Both the position numbers and the translations under genes were made by a program. Shown one piece after another: positions 27,915 to 36,523 of a stretch of DNA of 42,935 nt. The stretch comes from a bacterium (GTDB lineage: Bacteria; Margulisbacteria; Marinamargulisbacteria; CANKTL01). How positions within the stretch are numbered: the stretch's first letter is position 1; each line of letters starts with the position of its first letter. The DNA is taken from the NCBI GenBank assembly GCA_947486405.1, contig CANKTL010000002.1, positions 1 through 42,935 of the forward strand, given 5' to 3'. Below the pieces are notes generated by a model. It worked only from the letters and a program-made list of their open reading frames with translations. It did not search any database and was not told where the DNA came from.

Positions 27915-28853
27915 ATGAACAGCCATCGTAAAGTTATTATTATCGGATCCGGTCCCGCCGGACACACTGCCGCCATTTATGCAGGCCGCGCCAATCTTGC
28001 ACCACTGATGTTTGAAGGCGAGATGGCCGGGGGCATCGCGGCGGGCGGCCAGCTCACCACGACCACCGAAGTCGAAAATTTTCCGGGGTTCCCGACCGGT
28101 ATTTCCGGCCCCGAGCTGATGATGGCCATGCGGGCACAATCCGAGCACTGTCAGACCGAAATCCTCACCAAAACAGTGGACAGCGTTGATTTAAGCGTTC
28201 GCCCGTTTAAGGTGACCGTCGAAAATACCACTTACACCGCAGATACACTCATCATCGCGACTGGCGCTACCGCCAAACGTATGGGCATTGCTGGGGAATC
28301 GGAGTATTGGCAAAAGGGCATTTCGGCCTGCGCCGTGTGCGATGGTGCCCTCCCGATTTTTCGTAACAAGGCGCTGGCTGTCATTGGCGGCGGTGATTCG
28401 GCCTGCGAAGAAGCCAGCTTTTTGACCAAATTCGCTTCAAAAGTTTACTTAGTGGTACGGCGTCATGAATTGCGCGCCTCAAAAACGATGCAAGACCGTG
28501 TGCTTGCCAATCCAAAGATCGAAATTCTATGGAACACTGATCCGATTGCGGCCAAAGGCGAAAACTTACTCACCCACCTGTCAGTTCAAAGCAATAAAAC
28601 CAACGAACAACGTGACCTTGAGGTCGCAGGGCTGTTTTACGCCATCGGCCACATTCCCAATACCGCCTTTTTAAACGGACAGCTCAAAACCGACGAAACC
28701 GGTTATATTCTCACCGAACCCGGTACCACCAACACAAGCGTTCCCGGCGTCTTTGCAGCCGGTGATGTCCAGGACAAGAAATACCGGCAGGCCATAACAT
28801 CGGCTGGCACTGGCTGCATGGCCGCGCTCGACGCCGAACATTTTTTGACTTAA
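27915..28853 (+). CDS. trxB: Thioredoxin-disulfide reductase
   Basis: FAD motif [10 protein letters not shown], redox centre CAVCDG, NADPH motif [11 protein letters not shown]-terminal [20 protein letters not shown]. Confidence 0.92.
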   Translation: MNSHRKVIIIGSGPAGHTAAIYAGRANLAPLMFEGEMAGGIAAGGQLTTTTEVENFPGFPTGISGPELMMAMRAQSEHCQTEILTKTVDSVDLSVRPFKVTVENTTYTADTLIIATGATAKRMGIAGESEYWQKGISACAVCDGALPIFRNKALAVIGGGDSACEEASFLTKFASKVYLVVRRHELRASKTMQDRVLANPKIEILWNTDPIAAKGENLLTHLSVQSNKTNEQRDLEVAGLFYAIGHIPNTAFLNGQLKTDETGYILTEPGTTNTSVPGVFAAGDVQDKKYRQAITSAGTGCMAALDAEHFLT

Positions 28854-28922
28854 TTTGGCATTTACCAAGTTGCTATAGCCGCTGGCCTCTTTCATCCATA
28901 GTCAATTTACACCCAACTTGAA

Positions 28923-28952
28923 TTGACACTCAATTTTTTTTTATGTTATTGT
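28923..28952 (+). promoter_or_regulatory. Candidate sigma70-type promoter for infC-rpmI-rplT
   Basis: TTGACA at 28923-28928, an 18 nt T-rich spacer, then TGt-TATTGT at 28944-28952. It lies about 45 nt upstream of the infC start. Sequence pattern only. Confidence 0.35.
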
Positions 28953-28997
28953 GGATACCTTATACAATTAAGAGCGCCGCTGTAAGGAGGACATCGA

Positions 28998-29516
28998 ATA
29001 AAAAAGTACATACTTAACGATCGGATACGGGCAAAAGAAGTTCGGTGTATCGATGAGAATAGGAAACAGCTAGGCGTATTGCCAATTGAAGAAGCCCTCC
29101 GACTCGCAGATGAACGAGACCTCGACCTTTTACTATTATCCGAAGATGCGTCCCCTCCAGTTTGTCGTTTAGTTAATTTCGGTCAGTTCAAATATGAACA
29201 ACAGAAAAAAGACAAGCAAGCGAAAAAAGGCAACAAAAGCCACGTAGTCAAAGAACTCAAGATGAGCCCTAAGATTTCTGACAATGACTACACCGTGCGA
29301 TTAAATGCGGCAAAGAAGTTTTTAGACAAAGGGTTCAAAGTAAAGTTAACGATCTTTTTCAAGGGCCGCGAAATGAGCCACCCTGAATTAGGAACCAACC
29401 TCATCAACCGGTTTTTAGGTGAGATTGGCGAATGGGGAGTGCCGGAATCCGGTATTTCTCAAGCAGCACGAACATTTATTGTTTCGATTGCGCCCGGAAA
29501 AGCAAAGACCAAATAA
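28998..29516 (+). CDS. infC: Translation initiation factor IF-3, probably starting at a non-canonical ATA codon
   Basis: The frame is open from 28986. IKKYILNDRIRAKEVRCIDENRKQLGVLPIEEAL is the conserved IF3 N-terminus and lies upstream of the TTG at 29079 where the ORF track begins. SD AAGGAGG at 28984-28990 is 7 nt before ATA 28998. No ATG, GTG or TTG occurs in frame between them. Confidence 0.8.
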   Translation: MKKYILNDRIRAKEVRCIDENRKQLGVLPIEEALRLADERDLDLLLLSEDASPPVCRLVNFGQFKYEQQKKDKQAKKGNKSHVVKELKMSPKISDNDYTVRLNAAKKFLDKGFKVKLTIFFKGREMSHPELGTNLINRFLGEIGEWGVPESGISQAARTFIVSIAPGKAKTK

Positions 29517-29531
29517 AAAGGAAGTAGAGCA

Positions 29532-29744
29532 ATGGCAAAAAAATATAAAATTAAAACCAAAAAAGCAGCCGCCAAGCGTTACCGAGTGACAGGCACTGGT
29601 AAAGTGCAGCGTCGCAAATCTGGCAATCGCCACTTATTGGCTCACGAACGCTCCAAGACAAAGCGGTCGCGCCAAGGGCACGTTGTTGTATCAGGCTCAG
29701 ATTTGGCCAAAATCAAAATAATGATCCCAGGTATTGGGAAGTAA
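29532..29744 (+). CDS. rpmI: 50S ribosomal protein L35
   Basis: MAKKYKIKTKKAAAKRYRVTGTGKV.. is typical of L35; it sits in the infC-rpmI-rplT order. Confidence 0.9.
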   Translation: MAKKYKIKTKKAAAKRYRVTGTGKVQRRKSGNRHLLAHERSKTKRSRQGHVVVSGSDLAKIKIMIPGIGK

Positions 29745-29762
29745 GCAGAAGGAGACGGGAAA

Positions 29763-30110
29763 ATGGCACGAGTAAAACGGGGTAATGTCGCCCGAAACCG
29801 ACGCAAAAAAGTATTAAAAATCACCAAGGGATTCGTAGGATCTCTTTCTAAGCTATACCGCCCGGCCCACCAGGTTATGTTGCATGCGCTTAAGTATGCC
29901 TACCGTGACCGCCGACGCCGTAAACGAGATTTCCGCGTTCTATGGATCGCTCGAATCAATGCTGGATTGGGCAACGTGGGCGTTTCATACTCTAAATTTA
30001 TTGGCCAAGCCAACAAAAAGAGCGTTGCGTTGAATCGTAAAATGTTAGCTAGCTTAGCTGTACACGAACCCAACGTATTTTCTGAAGTCGTCACATTCGT
30101 CACTAAATAG
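29763..30110 (+). CDS. rplT: 50S ribosomal protein L20
   Basis: [39 protein letters not shown] is typical of L20. Confidence 0.92.
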   Translation: MARVKRGNVARNRRKKVLKITKGFVGSLSKLYRPAHQVMLHALKYAYRDRRRRKRDFRVLWIARINAGLGNVGVSYSKFIGQANKKSVALNRKMLASLAVHEPNVFSEVVTFVTK

Positions 30111-30123
30111 AAGGGAATTTCGC

Positions 30124-30621
30124 ATGATCGAAATGCAGTTAGGCGGACTTGGATTCGACCCTAAAAACATGTCGCCTATTGTACTGCTGCGGGACGCTGA
30201 AGAGCGAAATTTTTTACCTATTTGGATTGGGATGTTTGAAGCAGCGGCAATCGCTATGGAATTGCAAGAATTCAAACCTCCTCGCCCCATGACACACGAC
30301 CTTATTACCAAACTTATTAAAGAGCTGGGTGGTACCGTGACCCGAGTGGTCATCAACGAAATTAACGACAACACCTTTTTTGCGCTCATCGAGCTTACCA
30401 AGGGGAACGGCAGTCATACTCCCATCAAAATCGATTCGCGTCCTTCTGACGCCATTGCCGTCGCCGTGAGAGCCAATGTTCCGATCTTTGTATCTGAGGC
30501 AGTGATGGCCAAGGCCAAAATGGTAAATTCAGAAAAAGACGAGCAAGAAACCAAGCAATTCAAAGACTTCGTAGATAACCTAAACCCGGACGATTTCTCG
30601 AAATACTTCGACGAACGCTAA
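30124..30621 (+). CDS. Bifunctional nuclease (DUF151/BFN) family protein
   Basis: PIVLLRDAEERNFLPIWIGMFEAAAIA..RPMTHDL..VVINEINDNTFFA..IDSRPSDAIAVAVR matches the BFN-domain pattern. Confidence 0.7.
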   Translation: MIEMQLGGLGFDPKNMSPIVLLRDAEERNFLPIWIGMFEAAAIAMELQEFKPPRPMTHDLITKLIKELGGTVTRVVINEINDNTFFALIELTKGNGSHTPIKIDSRPSDAIAVAVRANVPIFVSEAVMAKAKMVNSEKDEQETKQFKDFVDNLNPDDFSKYFDER

Positions 30622-31009
30622 GGGGGCCAATGCCCCCCACTCGCAGGATTTCCCACGCATCAGGTAAGTACCGATTCACTTTTTCATTGCCGCGCAAGGC
30701 TTCGATGGCCTTCCACCAAAAATCGGTAATGCTAGGTTGTTCTCGCATGGCGCCTTTAAACATCGCCCTTAACTGATCTATTGGGGCCTGCCTCAACGGC
30801 ACAGGAATGTCAGCACCCGCTCCAAAAAAAGCCCTAAGCGTTGCCAAATGCCTCGGCGGCACGCATCCAAACTCGGGGAATCCGCCAATTCGGTCTATGA
30901 GGGTTTTAGTAAGGTGCCTAAAGGTTGTTCGGCTTACCCCGATTTTTAAGGCACCCCAAATATAAAATTCATGACTTACAACATAGCCGGCGATTAATTT
31001 ATATATCAT
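30560..31009 (-). CDS. Hypothetical protein with a possible N-terminal helix-turn-helix
   Basis: 149 aa ORF in the 447 nt gap between the BFN gene and tRNA-Arg. SD GAGGAAA. GVSRTTFRHLTKTLIDRIG is HTH-like. The last 62 nt overlap the convergent BFN gene. Confidence 0.4.
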   Translation of the reverse strand: MIYKLIAGYVVSHEFYIWGALKIGVSRTTFRHLTKTLIDRIGGFPEFGCVPPRHLATLRAFFGAGADIPVPLRQAPIDQLRAMFKGAMREQPSITDFWWKAIEALRGNEKVNRYLPDAWEILRVGGIGPLSVRRSISRNRPGLGYLRSL

Positions 31010-31068
31010 CCGTGCATTTCCTCTTCGTCCGTGAATCCAAATATGTTAACTTAACAAAGGTAGTGTAT

Positions 31069-31145
<77 letters not shown>

Positions 31146-31205
31146 TTTATTTTTATAGAAAGGCCGCCCGGCCATTTGACTCTCCCGGGTGGTAATATCA
31201 ACCCA

Positions 31206-31724
31206 ATGTCATTTAAACTCATTTCTAACCCTACATTAAGACACTATATTCAACTAGGTCCTAAGCTATCAGACATCGGCCCGTTTTGCCTTCAGATTGG
31301 GGCCGGGGTTCTAGCATTTTCGGGTTCTGATGCTGCACAGAAATATTATGATCCCTCAAAAGGTGATGGTTTTAAATTTACCTACATATTGAATGTCGCG
31401 AAAGTCGAGGGAGACCCTTCGCAATCTGGCGCTGTCCGCTTTTACCCCGTGAGAGAAGGTGACACTAATGGCTACCGTGAAATTGCGAAGCGAACTTTTC
31501 CTGAAATACAAGCGGTTTTATTGCGTGGTGAGAATGTGCTAATTCATTGCAGGGAGGGTCAAGTTCGCTCAACAACCCTATTTATGTTTTTTTTGACCGA
31601 GACCCTTTGCCAGCCAATTTCGACCGCTCGCTCGTGGGTACGAACGCTGAGTACAAGCACAAACCCAACTATGTCGCTTTTTCGGTATGCTGCGTCACTC
31701 CCGTCTCTGACCGAGGTCGACTGA
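31206..31724 (+). CDS. Dual-specificity (Cys-based, CX5R) protein phosphatase-like protein
   Basis: Active-site signature VLIHCREGQVRST (HCxxGxxRS/T), with an upstream YPVREGD candidate general-acid loop at the usual distance. ATG 31206 is preferred over TTG 31176. Confidence 0.65.
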   Translation: MSFKLISNPTLRHYIQLGPKLSDIGPFCLQIGAGVLAFSGSDAAQKYYDPSKGDGFKFTYILNVAKVEGDPSQSGAVRFYPVREGDTNGYREIAKRTFPEIQAVLLRGENVLIHCREGQVRSTTLFMFFLTETLCQPISTARSWVRTLSTSTNPTMSLFRYAASLPSLTEVD

Positions 31725-31731
31725 CTCAAAC

Positions 31732-32514
31732 TCACCTATTTTTGAGCTCGAGTTCGGCCAATACCACGTCCATAAAGTTCGCAAACGGCCTTGTCACCTT
31801 TCCAAACGATTTACTTGTTGAAGGCGAAACACACCCAGGGTCTATTAAGTAGGCCTGTCCGGTATCTGGCGAAAATATAAGTTGAGGGTCTTGAACTGAA
31901 CATTTCCAACTGCTAATTATTTCGAGGCGTTGATGAAGAGTCCTTAATGCATCAAGGGACATCGATTTAATTTTGTCACGTGCCACCTGGGAAACGTCGT
32001 GCTGCCCCCCAATTTGACCGAATGGCACTGTAATCGCATTCGGGAGCCATTCCATCGCAACTCCGCCTGATTTACCTAATACAGGCTCCTCAACAAGGTA
32101 AACCGCGGGAAATACTTCCGGGTTCTTAGAATACACACTCAAATCCAGAGACGAAAAATTCTGAACTAAGGCCCGTGTTGCTGAAGAATGGGAGGTGGGT
32201 TCCCCCTTGTTGTCGAAAAGAAAGTGTCGTTTTGGGGATGAAGTACCCGCCAACACGCAATTTGATGGCCAATTTTTATCATCTGGACTCGGCAGAACCC
32301 AGTCGGCGGGTGGTGATGGCAGCAGAGTAGCCCTTGGATTTCTCTCCGGCATAGTCTCCAAGTAACCCTCATCCTCCTCTCCAATTGAACCCATACTAGG
32401 CGGCGACGTCGCCTTAACCGGTGCACTAGCCGGAAATTTGGGCGGTGGAGTTTGCGGCGGTGAAATCGGCAACGCCGGGCCCATTGCAATAATTTTCTTA
32501 TAAATAACATCCAT
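31732..32514 (-). CDS. Proline-rich protein with a possible degenerate kinase-like C-terminal region
   Basis: The N-terminal ~90 aa are Pro/Ser-rich (PPQTPPPKFPASAPVKATSPP). In the C-terminal part, VAMEWLPNA and VQDPQLIFSPDTGQAYLIDPG weakly resemble the hinge, catalytic loop and metal-binding loop of kinase-like folds. Confidence 0.45.
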   Translation of the reverse strand: MDVIYKKIIAMGPALPISPPQTPPPKFPASAPVKATSPPSMGSIGEEDEGYLETMPERNPRATLLPSPPADWVLPSPDDKNWPSNCVLAGTSSPKRHFLFDNKGEPTSHSSATRALVQNFSSLDLSVYSKNPEVFPAVYLVEEPVLGKSGGVAMEWLPNAITVPFGQIGGQHDVSQVARDKIKSMSLDALRTLHQRLEIISSWKCSVQDPQLIFSPDTGQAYLIDPGCVSPSTSKSFGKVTRPFANFMDVVLAELELKNR

Positions 32515-32576
32515 GTTATTAAAGGGATTCCCATTTTGAGCCTAGATTTAAACACTGGCCCCGATTTACTACTCAA

Positions 32577-32936
32577 CTAGTTCGTGGAATGCACCGGTTT
32601 TGGGGACTCTTCCGGCTGAGCAGGAACTGGGCTTGGCCACAGGCGGTTTAGTCTTTCCATTTGATCATCTGTGAGTTTCATACTGCTTAGGATATCGAGA
32701 ACACCGGTCATCGTTAGATTGACGTGCTCAAATTGCTGATCCATCACCGCCGAGGGGTCGGCGTGCTGGAATTCTTCCAGTTGCGTGGAGATGCTGTTTA
32801 TTGTGGAATGGAGCATGCGGTTTTGATTGAGAACCAGCGCTAGAATAATTAATTCACCCAGTGCCAAGAGAACGATTGCCCACCAGATTGCGCCACCGTT
32901 TCGTTTCAGTCCTTTGGATTCTTTATATTTGTACAT
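32577..32936 (-). CDS. Single-pass membrane protein, unknown function
   Basis: One TM segment, AIWWAIVLLALGELIILALVL, after a Lys-rich N-terminus. ATG 32936 has AAGGAA upstream; an alternative ATG lies at 32978. It sits directly upstream of the 31732-32514 gene on the same strand. Confidence 0.45.
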   Translation of the reverse strand: MYKYKESKGLKRNGGAIWWAIVLLALGELIILALVLNQNRMLHSTINSISTQLEEFQHADPSAVMDQQFEHVNLTMTGVLDILSSMKLTDDQMERLNRLWPSPVPAQPEESPKPVHSTN

Positions 32937-33038
32937 CGGTATTTTATTCCTTTTTTGCCAACCCAAATTTAGACCCATTTGGCAGGTAAATCGATTGAGG
33001 AACTCATTCTAGGGAGTATTCGCTTGAATTTCAACCGC

Positions 33039-33067
33039 TTGAACTTGATGTAAATCTATGGCAAAAT
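33039..33067 (+). promoter_or_regulatory. Candidate promoter for rpmB-rpmG
   Basis: TTGAAC at 33039-33044, a 17 nt spacer, then TGg-CAAAAT at 33059-33067. Sequence pattern only. Confidence 0.3.
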
Positions 33068-33106
33068 CTCATTTCCCTGCAAATTAACTGGGGAGGAGGA
33101 AGAATT

Positions 33107-33331
33107 ATGTCACGAAAAGATACACTAACCGGTAAAGGCAAACTTAAAGGAAATCGAGTTAGTCACTCAAATATCAAAACTAGCCGACCCCGCGAGCTTA
33201 ATTTGCAAACCCAAAAGGTGGTATTGCCAAACGGACGCGTTGTAAAACTTAAAGTTTCAACCCGCACCCTCCGGACGATTTCGAAAAAAGGCATTTCGTC
33301 TGTGCTAAAAAAGAATAACGTTAAATTTTAA
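33107..33331 (+). CDS. rpmB: 50S ribosomal protein L28
   Basis: MSRKDTLTGKGKLKGNRVSHSNIKTSR..NLQ..RTLRTI.K.G is typical of L28. Strong SD GGAGGAGG. Confidence 0.9.
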   Translation: MSRKDTLTGKGKLKGNRVSHSNIKTSRPRELNLQTQKVVLPNGRVVKLKVSTRTLRTISKKGISSVLKKNNVKF

Positions 33332-33343
33332 AAAGGAACTGAC

Positions 33344-33505
33344 ATGGCAAAAAAAGGCGTTCGCATTCATATTGAAATGGAAAGTGAAGAAACCGGCCAC
33401 CGGTACCACACCTTCAAAAACAAACAAAACACGGCTGAGAGACTCAAGGTAAAAAAATACGATCCGATCGCGCGTAAGCATACTGAGTACACCGAAAAGA
33501 AATAG
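33344..33505 (+). CDS. rpmG: 50S ribosomal protein L33 (Cys-free form); too short for the ORF track
   Basis: Hand translation gives [53 protein letters not shown] (53 aa). YxTxKNK..LxxKKYDP..RKHxxxxE is the L33 pattern. SD AAAAGGAA. It starts 12 nt after rpmB. Confidence 0.85.
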   Translation: MAKKGVRIHIEMESEETGHRYHTFKNKQNTAERLKVKKYDPIARKHTEYTEKK

Positions 33506-33562
33506 GCTCTTTAAGCACACTTCGTTTTTATTTTTTCGTCCTATCCTAGACCACTAGACAAT

Positions 33563-33677
33563 AAAAAAGTCGTGAGATGTGCAATTTCTTGTTTTGCGCA
33601 GACTACCAAGGAGCGGAGCCATCAGGCGAAGCGGTGTAGTTAAGCAAAGCGAAAATTGTGCAGATTGCGTCTTTTTT
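33563..33677 (+). repeat. Long-hairpin intergenic element, copy 2
   Basis: AAAAAAGTCGTGAGATGTGCAATTTCTTGTTTTGCGCAGACTACC...GGTGTAGTTAAGCAAAGCGAAAATTGTGCAGATTGCGTCTTTTTT. It is flanked by A6 and T6 runs and sits between the convergent rpmG and 33683-34102 genes, so it could serve as a bidirectional terminator. Confidence 0.85.
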
Positions 33678-33682
33678 GTTGC

Positions 33683-34102
33683 CTACCGCTTGGCTGGCCA
33701 GCGGGTGATGCCGAAGGAACTTATGGCTAGGCACGCTATGGTGTAGCTTAGGAAGATTAGGGCTGATGGTATGGAATACCCTGAGAACAAAAACAGGGGT
33801 AGCAATAGAGGCACAAAGAACGCGCCCCATAGTTTTAGGGTTCTGAAGAATGCGTTTGAGAAATTGTGGATGTTTTCTTTTATGAATAGTTGGGCGAAGA
33901 AAATGTTCAGTTGGTACGCTAAGGCGATGCCGATTAGGTAGATGAAAACGCCATAGGCCCCGACATCTTCTACGGATTTGCTGAGTCCGATCACCCAGAT
34001 TTCGCCAAACATATAGTTAGAATACCAAAGAGTGCCCAATAGTTGGTAGGCGATGACAACACAGAAAAGTGTGGTCCAATTAATTCTTGCTTGGCGTCTC
34101 AT
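33683..34102 (-). CDS. DUF1761-like small integral membrane protein
   Basis: Four hydrophobic segments. N-terminal INWTTLFCVVIAYQLLGTLWYSNYMFGEIW resembles the DUF1761 signature. Confidence 0.55.
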   Translation of the reverse strand: MRRQARINWTTLFCVVIAYQLLGTLWYSNYMFGEIWVIGLSKSVEDVGAYGVFIYLIGIALAYQLNIFFAQLFIKENIHNFSNAFFRTLKLWGAFFVPLLLPLFLFSGYSIPSALIFLSYTIACLAISSFGITRWPAKR

Positions 34103-34190
34103 GGTACTCGAAATCCTACCAAACCCTGTAGCTTTTTCAAAGTACTTCCGGCGGATTCTATTTTATTGGGATGACGGATATAATCACGGG

Positions 34191-35924
34191 ATGAGTATCG
34201 TTCAAAAATGGACACTTGGAGTACTTGCGATGATTGCAGTATCTCAGTCCGCCGTATGGGGCACCCCATTTTTCGATCCCAAAACCAAGGTTAACGCTGC
34301 ATATTCGATTGAGTGGAATGTGATTTCCTCACAAAATCAAACGATTTTAAAGCTCCGTCACGCGACTGCGCCAGCTACCATTTCGATTTCTTCTTATAAT
34401 TTCAGCAACATTATTGAAATCTCTGATTTCCGAAACCATATTCAAAAAACGACATTTTCGGGATGGCGTATTTTAAGTGAGCGAAAAGGGACAAATTTTG
34501 AAGACGAAAGCGCGCGCTCTGATGCCAGCTGGGAATGTATCAACATTCGACCTGGAAAGTCTGATATTTCTGTTCAATTTTATTATTTGGTGGCGGGGCG
34601 AAAAGGCATTCTGTTATCGCTTAATACCGATATTAAGACATGGAAGACAGTTCAGCCTCAATTTCGGAGCATTGTGAATAGTTTTTGGATGGGCGAAGGC
34701 AATCGCCCTACGGTGATTAGACCCATTCCTGAAGCAGATGGTTGGGAAACGCCGGGATATTCCGTGCAAAATCGTAATTATGTACGCTCCATTGTTCCTG
34801 CTGAGGGCGCCAAATCTATTTTTTGGAAATTTAACGTGCCCAAATCGCTTGGCCCCAACCCGATATTTCCGCAGCCTTTATTTTTATCTAGTACCGTGAT
34901 TGTGGGCTATGGCAGCACACTGACCGGGCTGGCTCCTTACGATGGCCGGGTCAAATGGTCTGAAAATCTGAAAGATCCGATTTTGGGAAATCCAATGGCA
35001 TCCGGGAAAGTGGTAATGGCGATTACGACGAGCACGGCCAACACGTTGACGGCGTTGTCTGCTGAATCTGGGTCGGTCCTGTATCGCAAACGATTGAAAT
35101 CAATTGAGCCGGTGCAGCTGGCGATATTGGGCAGCACCGTAATTTTGGCGACACCGAAAGACATCACTGCCCTTGAAAAAGAAAGCGGCAAGGAAAAATG
35201 GACCCTGCCAATCCCAGTGAGTCTGAGCCTGCCCGTCGTTGGAACTTCGGGACTTGTTATAGTGCTCGACAACGATAAAAATGAGCTGGTGGCCCTTCAC
35301 ATTGAGTCCGGCAAAGAATTATGGCGCAAAGGGCTGGCTGAAACCATATTGATTCCGCCATCGATTGTACAAAATGTGTTGGTGGTGACGGCTGGCGATC
35401 CGAATCAGTCTGCGACGTTTTATGGGTTTCATGTGCAGAACGGTAGCTTATTGTGGAGCCGAAAAATGCCCGCCTCTATGAGTCTGATTAGTGAACTTTC
35501 GGCCGATTCCACCCGGTTTTATGTGCCTGCTCAGGAAACTGTGGACCCGCTACTAAATGGCGCACCCGGCCTAGGCAGCGGCGACGGCGATTTTGCTGCC
35601 CAGTTCAAAATACTGGCCTATGATGCCAAATCTGGCGTGAAAGTGTGGGAGTATCAGGTTCCGGCTGCCCATCTTTTACTGCCGGTTAGGGGGGTTGCGG
35701 CACCCAATAAGATTTATTTCTTAACGACGGCAATGGATAAATCTTCGAAAGAAGTGGTGCATTTAATGCAACTGGAAACCGAGAAACCGAAACCCCGATT
35801 TTATCCCATGGTTCCTTTTGGCGGACCGGGGCAACCCCGGGGCTTTACCGCATTCCAGATGTTGGAACACCGGATCTTGATGCAGTTTCAGGATCCCCTA
35901 TCTTGCATGATTCTGCTACAGTAA
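34191..35924 (+). CDS. Secreted PQQ-like (BamB-like) beta-propeller repeat protein with an N-terminal domain of unknown function
   Basis: Signal peptide MSIVQKWTLGVLAMIAVSQSAVWG. Repeated motifs YDGRVKWSENL, AESGSVLYRKRL, KESGKEKWTLPI, IESGKELWRKGL, VQNGSLLWSRKM, AKSGVKVWEYQV. ATG 34191 is preferred because the longer ORF overlaps the divergent gene. Confidence 0.7.
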   Translation: MSIVQKWTLGVLAMIAVSQSAVWGTPFFDPKTKVNAAYSIEWNVISSQNQTILKLRHATAPATISISSYNFSNIIEISDFRNHIQKTTFSGWRILSERKGTNFEDESARSDASWECINIRPGKSDISVQFYYLVAGRKGILLSLNTDIKTWKTVQPQFRSIVNSFWMGEGNRPTVIRPIPEADGWETPGYSVQNRNYVRSIVPAEGAKSIFWKFNVPKSLGPNPIFPQPLFLSSTVIVGYGSTLTGLAPYDGRVKWSENLKDPILGNPMASGKVVMAITTSTANTLTALSAESGSVLYRKRLKSIEPVQLAILGSTVILATPKDITALEKESGKEKWTLPIPVSLSLPVVGTSGLVIVLDNDKNELVALHIESGKELWRKGLAETILIPPSIVQNVLVVTAGDPNQSATFYGFHVQNGSLLWSRKMPASMSLISELSADSTRFYVPAQETVDPLLNGAPGLGSGDGDFAAQFKILAYDAKSGVKVWEYQVPAAHLLLPVRGVAAPNKIYFLTTAMDKSSKEVVHLMQLETEKPKPRFYPMVPFGGPGQPRGFTAFQMLEHRILMQFQDPLSCMILLQ

Positions 35925-35953
35925 ATTTCGATTATTTTATAAATATATTTTTA

Positions 35954-35982
35954 TTGACGTAATTAACTAGCGCTGGTATTTT
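35954..35982 (+). promoter_or_regulatory. Candidate extended -10 promoter upstream of ssb
   Basis: TTGACG at 35954-35959, a 17 nt spacer, then TGg-TATTTT at 35974-35982. This would give a leader of about 180 nt before ATG 36170. Confidence 0.4.
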
Positions 35983-36169
35983 GATCCAGTGACAATGTGC
36001 ATTGCCTGTATCGGTTTGGATGGAGCTAAGCTGTTACGATCAGAACTTGCCCTGCATTAGGGCTGAAACGATCTTGGGGGGTCAGCTAGAAGCGCTGCTA
36101 AATGACCTAACGGGGCCTTTCAGACCAAAACGGGCTCAAAAATACCCTTTTTAAGGAGTTTGAAAAACG

Positions 36170-36523
36170 ATGAGCTACAACTACAATCGCGCAACTCTGG
36201 TGGGACGGTTAACCCGACCCCCGGAAATTCACACGATTAATGAAGTTAAACGCACGACCTTCGTATTGGCGATCAATCGCAATCACAAGCGCGAAGATGG
36301 ATCAACTAACACAGACTTTGTTCCCGTCACCGTATGGGGCAAACTAGCCGGTCTGGCGGAACAATACCTCCAGAAGGGGAAGCCAGTATTGGTGGAAGGC
36401 CGGATTCATGTTCGGGCGTTTAACAAAGAAAAAGAAACCAAATGGATTACCGAGGTCATCGGAGAAAACATTCAACTGTTGGGCGTGAAAACCCAGATAC
36501 TGAGCGACGACGAGAAATCTTAA
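36170..36523 (+). CDS. ssb: Short single-stranded DNA-binding protein (OB fold only, no canonical acidic C-terminal tip)
   Basis: NRATLVGRLTRPPE..TTFVLAINR..TDFVPVTVWGKLAE..YLQKGKPVLVEGRI is the SSB OB-fold pattern. 117 aa ending LSDDEKS, not D-D-D-I-P-F. Confidence 0.8.
   Translation: MSYNYNRATLVGRLTRPPEIHTINEVKRTTFVLAINRNHKREDGSTNTDFVPVTVWGKLAGLAEQYLQKGKPVLVEGRIHVRAFNKEKETKWITEVIGENIQLLGVKTQILSDDEKS

Noticed and set aside
31162-31173. Small hairpin GGCCGCCCGGCC followed by ATTT after tRNA-Arg, as a terminator
   Set aside because: The stem is only 4 bp once a viable loop is allowed, and the U-run is short. This is too weak to report as a feature.
32166-32576. 136 aa Arg-rich minus-strand ORF overlapping the 31732-32514 gene
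   Set aside because: It is an alternative frame of a Pro-rich coding region (CCN codons read as Arg- and His-rich). The composition (RRRRRL, HRRKLHR) is typical of an off-frame artefact.
33603-33830. 75 aa minus-strand ORF
   Set aside because: It overlaps hairpin element copy 2 and the 3' part of the DUF1761-like gene in another frame, with no support.
35989-36169. ssb leader as SRP (4.5S) RNA or 6S RNA
   Set aside because: GGTCAGC..GAAGC..GCTGC superficially recalls SRP domain IV. But the conserved GGAA/GNAR tetraloop context and the symmetric-loop AGCA motif are absent, and no long closing helix is evident.
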